Shown here one piece after another: positions 37,836-48,121 of a DNA stretch of 64,000 nt. The DNA comes from a virus: positions 64,001-128,000 of the IMG/VR virus record IMGVR_UViG_3300037475_000032; one strand, given 5' to 3'. The translations under genes and the position numbers were made by a program. Every line of letters begins with the position of its first letter. Positions within the stretch are counted from its first letter, which is position 1. The notes beneath the pieces are model-generated. The model had not been told where the DNA came from. It searched no databases and saw only the letters and a program-made list of their open reading frames with translations.

Positions 37836-39120
37836 CGAGCCGATCTTCACCTTCGTCAAGGAGCAGATCGAGAATGGTGAAACCAACGTTTCGACTGCAA
37901 AGGCCGTCGAAGAGACCTTCGATTTTCCCACAACTGACGACTCGATCCGACGCTTCCGTGCTCGCCACGGTCTAGGGATTCCGACGAAGGACAAGGCAGG
38001 TGTGAAGGTAGAAGGGGACGAGGCGGTTGTTACTACACCAGCACGTCCCTACCCTCACATGGATGACCCGGACACCATGCTCCGTGAGCGTGGCCTTGAC
38101 CCGGAGAAGTGGAGCATCGAGGGCGCGACCGTTAACGAGTGGGATGGGCCGCAGTCGGGAGGTACGACCGTTACCTACCACCAGGCCAAGCTAGTACTCA
38201 AGCGCAAGAAGCCTGAGTGCAGCGTTCTTCCGGCACGCTCAGAGGGATGGGTTGCGCCTAAGCGTACCCCACGCGATCCGGGCAAGCCGCAGTTGATCGT
38301 CGTCACGGGCGACCAGCAGGCACCCTTCCATGACGAGGCCCTACACGCGGCCTTCTGCTCGTGGCTCGCTGAGAACCAGCCCGACCAGGGCGTCTTGCTC
38401 GGAGACACCATTGACCTGCCCGATATCTCCCGTCACCGTCTTGACCCCGAGAACACCGCCATCGTCAACGAGTGCATCCAGTCGGGATACGATGTCATCC
38501 GTGACTACGTGACATCCTCTGCGGATACCGAGTGGCAGATGCTTGAAGGTAACCACGACGAGCGCCTACGCAACATCCTTCTCGACAAGCCGAGTGTGCG
38601 TCCCCTCTACGGGGTCAAGCAGGCTGATACGGCTGAGGAAGACGGCGTACCCGTCCTTGCTGTGCCTCACTTGCTCCGCTTGGACGAGCTTGGAGTGAAG
38701 CACGTTAGCCCGCAAGGAGCTTACGACCTTGGACAGATTAACCTTGGGAACAAGCTCGCAGTACGACACGGCTGGATCGCCCGTCAGGGCAGCGGGGTAT
38801 CGGCGCTGGCAACCCTGGAGCACTTGGGGTACAGTGTCATCGTCGGCCACACTCATCGTCAGTCGATCATCTACAAGACGACTCACGACATCGACGGTGC
38901 AATCACGACCCTCACCGCTGCCGAAGCAGGGTGCATGTGTCGAGTCAACCAACAGCCGAATTCGGATGGTCGCAAGTGGCCGAACTTCACTCCGTTGCCT
39001 GATTGGCAGCAGGGATTCTCCACCGTGACTCTTCACCCGAATGGCTTCTTCCGAATCGAGAACGCAACCTTTGTAAATGGATCGCTCCTTTGGCGCGATC
39101 AGTGCTACACCGCCCGATAG
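37807..39120 (+). CDS. calcineurin-like metallophosphoesterase
   Basis: GDQQAPFHD, LGDTID, GNHDER, RHG, GHTHR. Confidence 0.88.
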   Translation: MNQNQSLLDNEPIFTFVKEQIENGETNVSTAKAVEETFDFPTTDDSIRRFRARHGLGIPTKDKAGVKVEGDEAVVTTPARPYPHMDDPDTMLRERGLDPEKWSIEGATVNEWDGPQSGGTTVTYHQAKLVLKRKKPECSVLPARSEGWVAPKRTPRDPGKPQLIVVTGDQQAPFHDEALHAAFCSWLAENQPDQGVLLGDTIDLPDISRHRLDPENTAIVNECIQSGYDVIRDYVTSSADTEWQMLEGNHDERLRNILLDKPSVRPLYGVKQADTAEEDGVPVLAVPHLLRLDELGVKHVSPQGAYDLGQINLGNKLAVRHGWIARQGSGVSALATLEHLGYSVIVGHTHRQSIIYKTTHDIDGAITTLTAAEAGCMCRVNQQPNSDGRKWPNFTPLPDWQQGFSTVTLHPNGFFRIENATFVNGSLLWRDQCYTAR

Positions 39121-39129
39121 GAGGGTGAC

Positions 39130-39327
39130 ATGGAAGACAAATCAACCAAGCCAAAGAAGCGTCGTCGCAATCAGCAGACGTATCGACACAAGACGAACGC
39201 TGTACATGTGACCCTCTATGACCCGCACGGGGAGACTGTGCCTGCTACCGTCAGGCACAAGGCTGAACAGGCAATCCTCGACATCGCCCTATCCAACAAC
39301 CTTCTCATCAACATCGCCACAACGTAG
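39130..39327 (+). CDS. hypothetical protein
   Basis: GGAGG RBS. Confidence 0.65.
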   Translation: MEDKSTKPKKRRRNQQTYRHKTNAVHVTLYDPHGETVPATVRHKAEQAILDIALSNNLLINIATT

Positions 39328-39401
39328 TCAAGTGACCCGTACAGAGAAATGGTTGGATCGCCTTGGTGCGGTCCTCCGTTTCATACTCAGGAAGTGAAGT
39401 C

Positions 39402-39575
39402 ATGGCAACAGTAAGGCTCTCGGATCGAGAGACACCAAAGAGGGCTCCGAAGTGGTGCAAACGATGTGGACGTAAGCACAATCGCTTCGAGCCCTGTGGG
39501 CTAGTGGAGATCACTCGCACCGCCAAGAGCGGTCGTGAGGTGACACGCCTAGCTCTCCCAGCACAGGAGGCATAG
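39402..39575 (+). CDS. small Zn-binding protein
   Basis: CKRCGRKH..C. Confidence 0.55.
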   Translation: MATVRLSDRETPKRAPKWCKRCGRKHNRFEPCGLVEITRTAKSGREVTRLALPAQEA

Positions 39576-40226
39576 ATGCAACTCATCGGAATCAACGGCT
39601 TCATGGGGTCGGGGAAGGACACGACCTACGGCTTCATCGCCAAGCACCACAGGGGCGCTTTGCGCGTGGCCTTCGCCGACAAGCTCAAGAGTATCGCGGC
39701 TCTGGCTATCGGATTCGATCCAGAGATCGACACACAGGGACTTGTCGATCTCATGAACGAGTGCAAGGAATCCTGGGACTTCGAGGTCACCAAGAGGCTT
39801 GCCACGATGCCGGGCGAGCAGGCGTGCATGGAAGTTACGCACTTCACCGGCCGTCAGTACCTCCAGTGGCTAGGAGCCAATGCCCGAGTCGTGTTCGGAG
39901 ACACCTTCTGGATCGATCAGGTACTCCCTCAGCCCTACGAGGTCTGGAAGGATCATCGTAAAAGCATCGACAACGACCGTGTACTGAGGGAACGCTACCC
40001 CGACACGGACCTTGTAGTCGTGACGGACGTGCGCTACCCTAACGAGGCGGAGCGCGTGCAGCAGCTTGGGGGAAGGGTCTGGGAGGTTGTGAGACCAGGG
40101 CTCACTAGCGATGGTCATAGCTCCGAGATCCCTCTGCCAAGGGAGCTAGTTGATACAGTGATTCAGAACGATGGAAGCCTGGCGGAACTGTCCGCTACGG
40201 TCAAGGAGGCGTTGGAGAATGGCTAG
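39576..40226 (+). CDS. deoxynucleoside monophosphate kinase
   Basis: IGINGFMGSGKDT, FADKLK, LQWLG, TDVRYPNE, HSSE. Confidence 0.9.
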   Translation: MQLIGINGFMGSGKDTTYGFIAKHHRGALRVAFADKLKSIAALAIGFDPEIDTQGLVDLMNECKESWDFEVTKRLATMPGEQACMEVTHFTGRQYLQWLGANARVVFGDTFWIDQVLPQPYEVWKDHRKSIDNDRVLRERYPDTDLVVVTDVRYPNEAERVQQLGGRVWEVVRPGLTSDGHSSEIPLPRELVDTVIQNDGSLAELSATVKEALENG

Positions 40227-40983
40227 AGAGGCACTACAGCTTGTTAGCAGGGCCGATATCACGGAACCGATTCCTCAGCCGCAGGCTGCTCCAAAGCTCA
40301 GGCTCGTGCCGTCGTCGGGCCACGATGGGAAGGCCAAGTTCGCTATCGACATTGATAGCATCCTCTACGACTTCTCGACTCCGGCTCGTGAGGCGTTCTT
40401 GAAGCTCTCGGAAACGACGGGAGACAGGGGCCTGCTTCGTGGCACGTACATCTCATGGGTCGAGTGGCGCACGCCAGCGGATGTCTGTGGCCTTGAGACA
40501 TGGATGGAGGTCATCTCCATGTGCCATGCCCCGGAGGTCATCTTGCGTCAGAAGCCCTTTGCGGGCGCAGTCGATACCCTCCAGGCATTGGTCAGCGAGG
40601 GCTACGATCTCATGTACTGCTCGAACCGCAATGAGGAAGCAGCAGACGCGACCCGTCAGTGGCTCCAGCAGGAGGGCTTCCCTCTTGGCGACCACGTTGA
40701 AGTGAGATGCACGATGGAGGACAAGTGCTCGTACCTGGCCGAGTGCCAGTACATCATCGATGATCGTCCCAAGACCCTCATTGACTTCATCCATTCACCC
40801 AACTGGGACCAGGCGAAGGGCGAGCGCAAGGGCCTGTCGATCATGTACGAGTACAACCGTGCTCTGACCGACATCCCGAACATCTTCCTTTCACCCACAT
40901 GGGCGGGATTGGCCGGATGGTTGGTCCGCAAGGGCTTCCTCCCCACGCCGCCACACACTGCATTGGAGACACATGCCGGATAG
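40219..40983 (+). CDS. HAD 5'(3')-nucleotidase-like protein
   Basis: IDIDSILYDF, SNR, IIDDRP, YN. Confidence 0.8.
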   Translation: MAREALQLVSRADITEPIPQPQAAPKLRLVPSSGHDGKAKFAIDIDSILYDFSTPAREAFLKLSETTGDRGLLRGTYISWVEWRTPADVCGLETWMEVISMCHAPEVILRQKPFAGAVDTLQALVSEGYDLMYCSNRNEEAADATRQWLQQEGFPLGDHVEVRCTMEDKCSYLAECQYIIDDRPKTLIDFIHSPNWDQAKGERKGLSIMYEYNRALTDIPNIFLSPTWAGLAGWLVRKGFLPTPPHTALETHAG

Positions 40984-41212
40984 CGATACCCCTAACCCCA
41001 ACCTAGAGACGATCCCAGTCCTCGTACCTCACTTGGAGACGCTTCTCTCCACTTTGGAAAGAGCGCTCAACAAGAGCATGGCCGAGGATTTGGTCGAACA
41101 CTACAGGACCCAGCGAGGACGTAACCCTCAGCAGTCCGCTATCACCACTGCACTCGACAAGGCAGTCCAGCGCGTAGCCGGATACCTGGGAGTCCAAGAG
41201 GATTATGAGTGA
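40973..41212 (+). CDS. hypothetical protein
   Basis: Coupled ORF. Confidence 0.6.
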   Translation: MPDSDTPNPNLETIPVLVPHLETLLSTLERALNKSMAEDLVEHYRTQRGRNPQQSAITTALDKAVQRVAGYLGVQEDYE

Positions 41213-41552
41213 CTTTCCGGCTGATAGCCATTTCTCTCAGGCTATAGAGGCAGAGAGAAGGGCGCATCCTCTCCAAGTTGTTCACCCATCTGAGGCTCCG
41301 CGTGATCCTTACGACGATCAGATCAAGGTCGGGCGCACGGAGCTTGAAAGCTGGTACAACGAGGTGAATGATCTGGTCCGCAGGTTGGGTGTGAGCACCA
41401 GCACAGGCTCACAGCAGCCCCGTAGGGACTCCCAGAAGCGCGCACAAAGGGCTTCGAGCAGCCAAGGAGGGGGAAGGGCCTCTATGGACACGACGGAGCT
41501 TCACGAGCGCCTGACGGATCACCGTAACGCCCTCTACCGCTATCTCCACTAG
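41205..41552 (+). CDS. hypothetical protein
   Basis: Coupled ORF. Confidence 0.6.
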   Translation: MSDFPADSHFSQAIEAERRAHPLQVVHPSEAPRDPYDDQIKVGRTELESWYNEVNDLVRRLGVSTSTGSQQPRRDSQKRAQRASSSQGGGRASMDTTELHERLTDHRNALYRYLH

Positions 41553-41569
41553 GCTGCTATCCTACCCGC

Positions 41570-42043
41570 ATGGCAGCGAAGCTATTCATCCTCGTAGGCG
41601 TCCCCGGATGCGGCAAGAGCACATGGGCCAGAAGGGTCCTTGGTGGCGTGCATGTAAGCAGCGATGAAATCCGTCAGGAGCTATTCGGAGACGAGTACAA
41701 CGCCAAGCAGAACCAGCAGGTCTTCGAGCGTTTCTACAAGGAAATCGACAAGTTCCTCCTGACCGGCATCAACGTCATCGCCGATGCTACCAACCTGAAC
41801 AGCTTCGCTCGCACTGAGCTACGTCGCATCGCCGACATAGTAGGGTGCGAGACTCACTTGTTCTTCTTCACCAACGTTGAGCAGGCGCTTCTTCGCAACG
41901 CCGAGAGAGACGGGGAGCAGCATGGTTCCAAACGAGTCCCCAACGAGGGCATGACGCTCATGCTGGAGAAGTACGAACTTGCGAGACGCGATATCCCACT
42001 GGAGTCGTACAACTCTGTCACCTACATAGGAAGCGTGTCATGA
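41570..42043 (+). CDS. polynucleotide kinase-like P-loop protein
   Basis: GVPGCGKST, SSDEIR, DATN, RNAER..VP. Confidence 0.85.
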   Translation: MAAKLFILVGVPGCGKSTWARRVLGGVHVSSDEIRQELFGDEYNAKQNQQVFERFYKEIDKFLLTGINVIADATNLNSFARTELRRIADIVGCETHLFFFTNVEQALLRNAERDGEQHGSKRVPNEGMTLMLEKYELARRDIPLESYNSVTYIGSVS

Positions 42044-42348
42044 ACCCACAGCAGCCGAGCCTCAGTGAAAACCTCATCCACGCCCTAGAAGGACTCCCCA
42101 AGTTCGCTCTCAGCTATGTCGTGGGCTTCATCGTCATCGCTATCACCGATGTCATCGTGACGAGCTTGGCGGTAGGGTGCGTATTCCTTGGTATGCTCAC
42201 GAGCCCCTTGGTGGCTCTCACAGCCTTCTTCCTCATCTACGCTGTCATTCGCACGCTCAATGGGGTCGGTAACTCAATCAGCAGTGCTGGTAACATGGTG
42301 GCACAGGCCCACTTGCAGGGCGGGTTGCAGCAGACTTCCCACCAGTAG
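42040..42348 (+). CDS. membrane protein
   Basis: Two hydrophobic segments. Confidence 0.65.
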   Translation: MNPQQPSLSENLIHALEGLPKFALSYVVGFIVIAITDVIVTSLAVGCVFLGMLTSPLVALTAFFLIYAVIRTLNGVGNSISSAGNMVAQAHLQGGLQQTSHQ

Positions 42349-42404
42349 CAAGCCCGTAATGGGTGAAAGGTACTCCGCTTATTTGACAGAAAGACAGACA
42401 TGAC

Positions 42405-43040
42405 ATGCCCCCCCGAATTCCAGACAACACCCGAGTCAAGCTGCGAGATGGAATCAATCCCGAACTCTACGATGGATTTGGGCTTGCAGGGAACGAGGGA
42501 TGGATTAGGAAGCACCAGGGCGACCGCTACGGGCCGGAACAGGTGTTCATCCAATGGGACAAGGACCATTGGTCCTACAACGGGGCACAGGATAAGTGGA
42601 CGTGGGAGGATCACTTCGACATAGTTGAGGAACCAATGACTGACCAGACACCAACCAGACAAGAGCAGTTGAAGGACTTGATGGGAGCCTTCACGGATTC
42701 TCTCCTAGAGATCGTGGGAGAGGGTGAGCCGACCCCTGCTCAGACCGATGTGCCGCCAGCCCCCGAGGCAGGACAGGAGCAGGCACCTTCCTACGGCGAC
42801 ATCCTCAAGTCCGCCATCAAGGCCAGTGCCGACGCTGAGTCGTTCTTCGTGATTGCTATTCGCAAGGACGACGATGAGGGTGTCATCTACCCGCTCGTCT
42901 ACCACGCTTCACAGACGCCCGAGGCCAGCCTGATTGCGCAGCTACAGCTATCGCACGTAGCTTCCAGCTTCCATGCAAAGCTCATCGGCGAGGCTCTACA
43001 GGCTGTTAGTGAGCCCGGCGAGGACGAGAGTGGCGACTAG
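42405..43040 (+). CDS. hypothetical protein
   Basis: 211-aa ORF. Confidence 0.7.
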   Translation: MPPRIPDNTRVKLRDGINPELYDGFGLAGNEGWIRKHQGDRYGPEQVFIQWDKDHWSYNGAQDKWTWEDHFDIVEEPMTDQTPTRQEQLKDLMGAFTDSLLEIVGEGEPTPAQTDVPPAPEAGQEQAPSYGDILKSAIKASADAESFFVIAIRKDDDEGVIYPLVYHASQTPEASLIAQLQLSHVASSFHAKLIGEALQAVSEPGEDESGD

Positions 43041-43189
43041 ATGGCTTGCAGCATCACGCTTACAGACAAGGCGTCCTTCCGCACTTGTGACGACGGGCAT
43101 GTTCACTGCACTCGCTGTGGACGCATCGCTCGTAGGTTTCGCAAGGGCCTGACCTGCGGCTTTGGCTGCAAGCCTCCTAAGAGGTAGAG

Positions 43190-43408
43190 ATGAGCGAGCG
43201 TAAGGCAGGTGATATCTGCGAGACTTGCTTGCCCCGATGGAAGCACCGCAAGGTGCCTGGCAAGAAGCTCGTTGAGCTACCAACCCCCACGGAGCTAGGG
43301 TTGAAGGTAGTGGTCTGCCCGTACTGCGATGGCTCGGTCATCGTTGCGTTCGCCAACAAGCCCGATAACAAGTTCATTCCCGAGCCTGAGCCGGATGAGG
43401 ACGAGTAG
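43190..43408 (+). CDS. Zn-ribbon protein
   Basis: CETC..CPYCDG. Confidence 0.65.
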   Translation: MSERKAGDICETCLPRWKHRKVPGKKLVELPTPTELGLKVVVCPYCDGSVIVAFANKPDNKFIPEPEPDEDE

Positions 43409-44203
43409 ATGAACTTGACGATCCAAGACGGTCAGCTAGCCAATAGCCCCCAGGAGGGTGAAGCTCTGCGATACGCCGGATACGTCAAGTGCTCTACGCC
43501 GAACTGCAACTTCTTCATCAGCCCACAGTCTGAGCAAGCTATACTGGAGCACAATGGTTACTACACCTGCCCGAAGTGCCAGCGATCCTATGACCTACAG
43601 CAGAACCTACCGTGGCACGGAGCCCCCGAAGAGAGTGGGAACTTCGCCCTTGGTAGGGGGGGTGGAGGAACCCGCATTGGCCTAGACATGACTGAACAAG
43701 CTCAGATCGGCGAGGATCTAATCCGCGACCAGAAAGAGCTACCCGGCTACGGCCAGATCATTTGGTGGCACGAGGGAGCAGCCAACACGCCATCACCTCT
43801 CGATGGTGCGACTCGTGACTGGGGCATCGAGGTCAAGACGCTCGGCTACGACGCCATGCACCACCGCTTCATCCCTGGCCGTGAACAGGAGAAGGAAGCG
43901 AAGAACAACCAGGCGGCGGAAATGGGACTCAAGGGAATCCTTGGAGTCCTTGTGCTGCTTGACTATCGCCGCTCCATGGCAGACATCTATGTCAAGGAGA
44001 TGCCCCTCCAGACGTGGCTCAACAACCAGGGCAAGCCACAGACGGGAGTTGCCGCTTTTCGCAAGAATACGGCAACTCATTTGCTTGAGGAAATCCCCTT
44101 CAAGAACCCGTTCATGGACCCCTCCAACCCTTCACCTGGACCGGCGCAAGAGCACGCCTCACCCTTCGCCCAAGCAGAGCAACAGGAGCCAGTTCCCTTC
44201 TAG
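43409..44203 (+). CDS. Zn ribbon + PD-(D/E)xK nuclease-like protein
   Basis: GE..PLDG..IEVKT. Confidence 0.55.
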   Translation: MNLTIQDGQLANSPQEGEALRYAGYVKCSTPNCNFFISPQSEQAILEHNGYYTCPKCQRSYDLQQNLPWHGAPEESGNFALGRGGGGTRIGLDMTEQAQIGEDLIRDQKELPGYGQIIWWHEGAANTPSPLDGATRDWGIEVKTLGYDAMHHRFIPGREQEKEAKNNQAAEMGLKGILGVLVLLDYRRSMADIYVKEMPLQTWLNNQGKPQTGVAAFRKNTATHLLEEIPFKNPFMDPSNPSPGPAQEHASPFAQAEQQEPVPF

Positions 44204-44209
44204 GGAGTA

Positions 44210-47200
44210 ATGTATATGTGGGACCCGAACAGCATCAGTCAGGATCAGTTGCACGAATACCGCAACGCCGCTGAATCGGCATGGGGCGATGACACACGTC
44301 ATCCTGACTTCGTAGGGCACCCAGACCCAAGTGCGGGCCAGTGCTACGTCACGTCCAAGTGGCTCACGGGCGAGCTTGGCGGTCATGTTGGGTTGAAGAA
44401 TGGTCATTACTTCTGGGTCTCACCGGACAAGAGCCACGTCATTGATCTGACCGGCGATCAGTTCTCTAGTCCACCACCTTCGGGCAGGATGAACTTCCTG
44501 GACGGCCAGCCCGTGGATTCAGAGGACGAAGCCTATGAGCCCGAGACACGCGGATGGCGACCAGGACCCATCATGTTCAAGCGTGCTAATCACCCGCTCT
44601 ACAAGGGATTCAGGATCAAGGCCGATCCTCAGCCTCCGCAGGATCAGAGAGATTGGGAAGACCTGGAACAGTCACCTCGCATCAACGACCGTCTCCAGCG
44701 CTTCACTCGTCGTGCGAACGCTGCTCTCACCAATCCCACGAGTCGCACAGCCGATCTCATGGGAATCGGGAACCCGATGAGTGAACCGCAGGCAGAAGAG
44801 GATCTGAACCAGCGTTACCTTCACGATACAATGAGTGATCTGCAAATGACGCAGGAACCAATCGACCGAGAGTACAAGTTCTTCTATGGACACGGACAAC
44901 TACACGTATCACCCGTTCATTCTCACGACGAACTCCGAGATCACTCTGGGACATCCCCTGACGAGAACGGACCAATCGCCGTGGGTTACGTTCATGTTCA
45001 CGGAGGAGATGCTGTTTGGTCTATTGAGACTAACGTTGCCGCTCGCGGACTCGTTCGCGTCCTTAAGGACTACAGCAAGACTGTGGGTTGGAAATGGAAC
45101 GGAGTGGTTGGAGGCGACGGAGCACCCATCCATGATGACTTCGGCGCTACGAAGTCTATGTGGTACAAGGCCAACGCTGATGGAGAGGTACAGATCGCAG
45201 ATGGACCTTTCCGAGGAGCCTCCCGCATCGACATCGTTGGCAGGACCGCCCATTATGCTCGATCCGCGTCTACCAGCAGTTATGGCGATGCTCTCAGAGA
45301 ATGGGCCGACGACTTCGGATACCGCCTAGCCGAGTACCCAGGCGGCACGGACATGACCGACCGCACAAAGAACTGGGAGGACTTGGAGCTTCACAACAAC
45401 TCCGACCCCGAATGGGACCCGGAGAAGGCATACGACGGAGCGCCTATTGGTCCTCTCACATGCGGCACATGCGGCTTCGAGGCACCTGACTTCAATACCC
45501 TCATCCTCCATCGCAGACTGCACGAGGGAGAGGACGAAGACCGCATCCAGGATGGTCACTTCCCGACGCTCAACGACCGTGACGATACGCTACCGCTTAG
45601 GCGCAGGAACGTCAACCCTACGGCGTCACCTCTTGCCTCTTTCCGCGAAGCATCAGTGGTGGATGGCTTCGACCTGTACGCGAGCCTGTGGGGATACGAC
45701 CGTGACGAGGGATTGCGCTTCTACGGTGGTTACCTGAATGGTCAACTTCTCGGCTACGGGGTCGTGCGTCCCGGCGATGATGGAGCCGAGGTCGTCATGA
45801 TCCACTCATCCATCCCCAACGTCGGCATCGGTACGGTACTCGCTGAGAAGATCAAGCAGCACTACCCGGTTCTGACCACGCACGCCGATAGTCCCGAGGG
45901 CGAACGCCTTGCCAAGCGCATGGGGATGGTCAATGTCGAGGGTCAGCTATACAAGTGGGCCGCAGGCGAAGAACCGAAGGACATGATCCAGGCCCCCGTC
46001 CCGTTTATCTACGACATCCAGCAAGACCACATCACCACGGGTCATCCGGGCATGAAGACATCGGACATCATGGGCCAGTTCACGCCCGGTGGTATAGTTG
46101 AGGGCTACTACGAGCCGGGCGGCAAGGTGGTCATCAACACGTCCACCAACATGCCGTACAGCACGTACCACATGATGCAGCTATGGTATTGGACGCACCC
46201 ACAAATGCAAATCGTCGGCCTTGAACTAGAAGACCAGCAGGGCAAGAGGCAGAAGCTAGCGGCTACTGAGATCGGCCCCTACCTCAAGACGCTCGTGGGA
46301 ACCGACGCCGCTGCATGGAACGCCTACCAGGCGCTACGCAATGCAGGCGGGAAGGTCTATGCCGTAGGTGGCGCAGTACGCGATGCTCTGCTTGGCAAGG
46401 ACCCCAAGGATATTGACCTGATGGTCTCCGGCGTTCCGCCCGAGCAGGTCTCTCATGTCCTTGAACAGCTTCCTGGCCGCGTAGACTTGACTGGTAAGCG
46501 CTTCGGTGTCTACCGCTACAAGACAAAGGGTCAAGAGGTCGAGATTGCTCTGCCACGCGAGGACACCTACGATGGTGAGCGTCGCGGTCAGGGCAAGATC
46601 ACCGTTGATCCTAGCCTTCCGGTTGAGGATGACCTAAGGCGTCGTGACTTTACTGTCAACAGCATGGCCGTGGATCTTGACACAGGTAAGCTCATCGACC
46701 CATACGGAGGCGAGAAGGATGCCGAGTCCCACACGCTTAGAACCACTCACCCTTCGTCCTTCGAGGAGGACCCAACTCGCCTTGTACGTGCGCTTGTGGC
46801 TTCTTCCCGCCACGGTCTGGTTCCAGACGAGAGGACCCGTCAGGAGATGGCAGAGAACGCATCGCGCCTCGACCGTGAGTCCCCCGATGCCCTTAAGCAG
46901 CAGCTAGACAAGCTGCTTGAAAGCCCCAATCCGGCAGGGGCACTCAGACTAGCCCATGACACAGGTGTCCTGCGTCATCTATTCCCTGAGGTCGATGCGA
47001 ACTTCGACTACGATCAGAACAACACGCATCACTCATACTCGCTGGGTGAGCACTCACTGAACGTGCTCGACAACGCGAGTCGTCTGACTACGGACCCAGA
47101 TCTTCGTCTCGCTGCCCTGCTCCACGATCAGGGCAAGCCGGACTCGGCATGGGTAGACCCGGAGAAGGGCACGACTCACTACTACGAAAAGTTCATCGAC

Positions 47201-47701
47201 GGCCAGCCTGTAGGAGCCGATCACGCACAGGTGGGAGCCGACATGGCCGAGAAGCGCCTGCGCGAGACCTACAACTTCCCGGTGGCTCGCATCCGTCGTG
47301 TGCGTGAACTGATTGAACACCACATGTTCCCGGCCTTCTCGTCACCCAAGGGCGCACGCAAGTTCCTCAACCGTGTAGGCGACCACGCTGACGATCTCCT
47401 TACGCTGCGCGAAGCCGACATGACCGGCAAGGGGCAGAGCGAGGAGGAAGTCGCTGAAAGGACCAGCGCCGATAGGATGCGCAATCTCGTGGAGCAGGCC
47501 CGTCAGGCAGGCGCACCCACAGATCAGTCGTCCCTCAGTCTCAACGGCAACGACATTGTTGGCATGGGAGTGAAGCCCGGACCACAGGTCGGGCAGATCC
47601 TCCGCCAGTTGACCAATGATGTGGTTGAGGAACCGCAGTTGAACGACAGAGACGCCCTCACTCAGCGAGCACAGGAGTACATCAATGCACTTCCAGCATA
47701 G
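44210..47701 (+). CDS. multidomain protein: YunG-like, GNAT-like, CCA-adding enzyme (class II NTase) + HD
   Basis: GQCYVTS..HYF..IDLTGDQF; GIGT; VGGAVRD..KDID, DLRRRDFTVN, FEEDPTRLVR, LLHDQGK. Confidence 0.9.
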   Translation: MYMWDPNSISQDQLHEYRNAAESAWGDDTRHPDFVGHPDPSAGQCYVTSKWLTGELGGHVGLKNGHYFWVSPDKSHVIDLTGDQFSSPPPSGRMNFLDGQPVDSEDEAYEPETRGWRPGPIMFKRANHPLYKGFRIKADPQPPQDQRDWEDLEQSPRINDRLQRFTRRANAALTNPTSRTADLMGIGNPMSEPQAEEDLNQRYLHDTMSDLQMTQEPIDREYKFFYGHGQLHVSPVHSHDELRDHSGTSPDENGPIAVGYVHVHGGDAVWSIETNVAARGLVRVLKDYSKTVGWKWNGVVGGDGAPIHDDFGATKSMWYKANADGEVQIADGPFRGASRIDIVGRTAHYARSASTSSYGDALREWADDFGYRLAEYPGGTDMTDRTKNWEDLELHNNSDPEWDPEKAYDGAPIGPLTCGTCGFEAPDFNTLILHRRLHEGEDEDRIQDGHFPTLNDRDDTLPLRRRNVNPTASPLASFREASVVDGFDLYASLWGYDRDEGLRFYGGYLNGQLLGYGVVRPGDDGAEVVMIHSSIPNVGIGTVLAEKIKQHYPVLTTHADSPEGERLAKRMGMVNVEGQLYKWAAGEEPKDMIQAPVPFIYDIQQDHITTGHPGMKTSDIMGQFTPGGIVEGYYEPGGKVVINTSTNMPYSTYHMMQLWYWTHPQMQIVGLELEDQQGKRQKLAATEIGPYLKTLVGTDAAAWNAYQALRNAGGKVYAVGGAVRDALLGKDPKDIDLMVSGVPPEQVSHVLEQLPGRVDLTGKRFGVYRYKTKGQEVEIALPREDTYDGERRGQGKITVDPSLPVEDDLRRRDFTVNSMAVDLDTGKLIDPYGGEKDAESHTLRTTHPSSFEEDPTRLVRALVASSRHGLVPDERTRQEMAENASRLDRESPDALKQQLDKLLESPNPAGALRLAHDTGVLRHLFPEVDANFDYDQNNTHHSYSLGEHSLNVLDNASRLTTDPDLRLAALLHDQGKPDSAWVDPEKGTTHYYEKFIDGQPVGADHAQVGADMAEKRLRETYNFPVARIRRVRELIEHHMFPAFSSPKGARKFLNRVGDHADDLLTLREADMTGKGQSEEEVAERTSADRMRNLVEQARQAGAPTDQSSLSLNGNDIVGMGVKPGPQVGQILRQLTNDVVEEPQLNDRDALTQRAQEYINALPA

Positions 47702-47718
47702 ACCACTCGACACGCCGG

Positions 47719-47919
47719 ATGTGGATAAAGATGACAGACCAAAGAAGTGAGCCTATCCTAATTCCTCGTCCGCTCAAGCCGGACGTTCTCTGCTTTGGTA
47801 TCAAGCGAGCCGGACAGACAGTCATCTTCTACAACGAGGATCGTGAGATCCCCGACGCACCCCATCCTGACACGATCCCCAAGTTGCCTCAGAGCATCTT
47901 CATCATGGAGAACGAATGA
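47719..47919 (+). CDS. hypothetical protein
   Basis: Short ORF in operon. Confidence 0.5.
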   Translation: MWIKMTDQRSEPILIPRPLKPDVLCFGIKRAGQTVIFYNEDREIPDAPHPDTIPKLPQSIFIMENE

Positions 47920-48113
47920 TGCCCAAGCTGGAGTTTCACGATTACATCGCTATGTGCGAAGATCCAGAGACGGGTCAGAAAGCCACTTTTCGCTTCCGAG
48001 CAAGCTCAGATGCACACGCCGATAGGGAGGCTCGTGATGGCTGGTTTGGCCTTCTAGCACCGCCTCCTAAGGAGCGCTGGGAAGCATTGAAGGTAGACGT
48101 AGCTAGGGTGTAA
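47916..48113 (+). CDS. hypothetical protein
   Basis: Coupled ORF. Confidence 0.55.
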   Translation: MMPKLEFHDYIAMCEDPETGQKATFRFRASSDAHADREARDGWFGLLAPPPKERWEALKVDVARV

Positions 48114-48121
48114 TACGTGCA

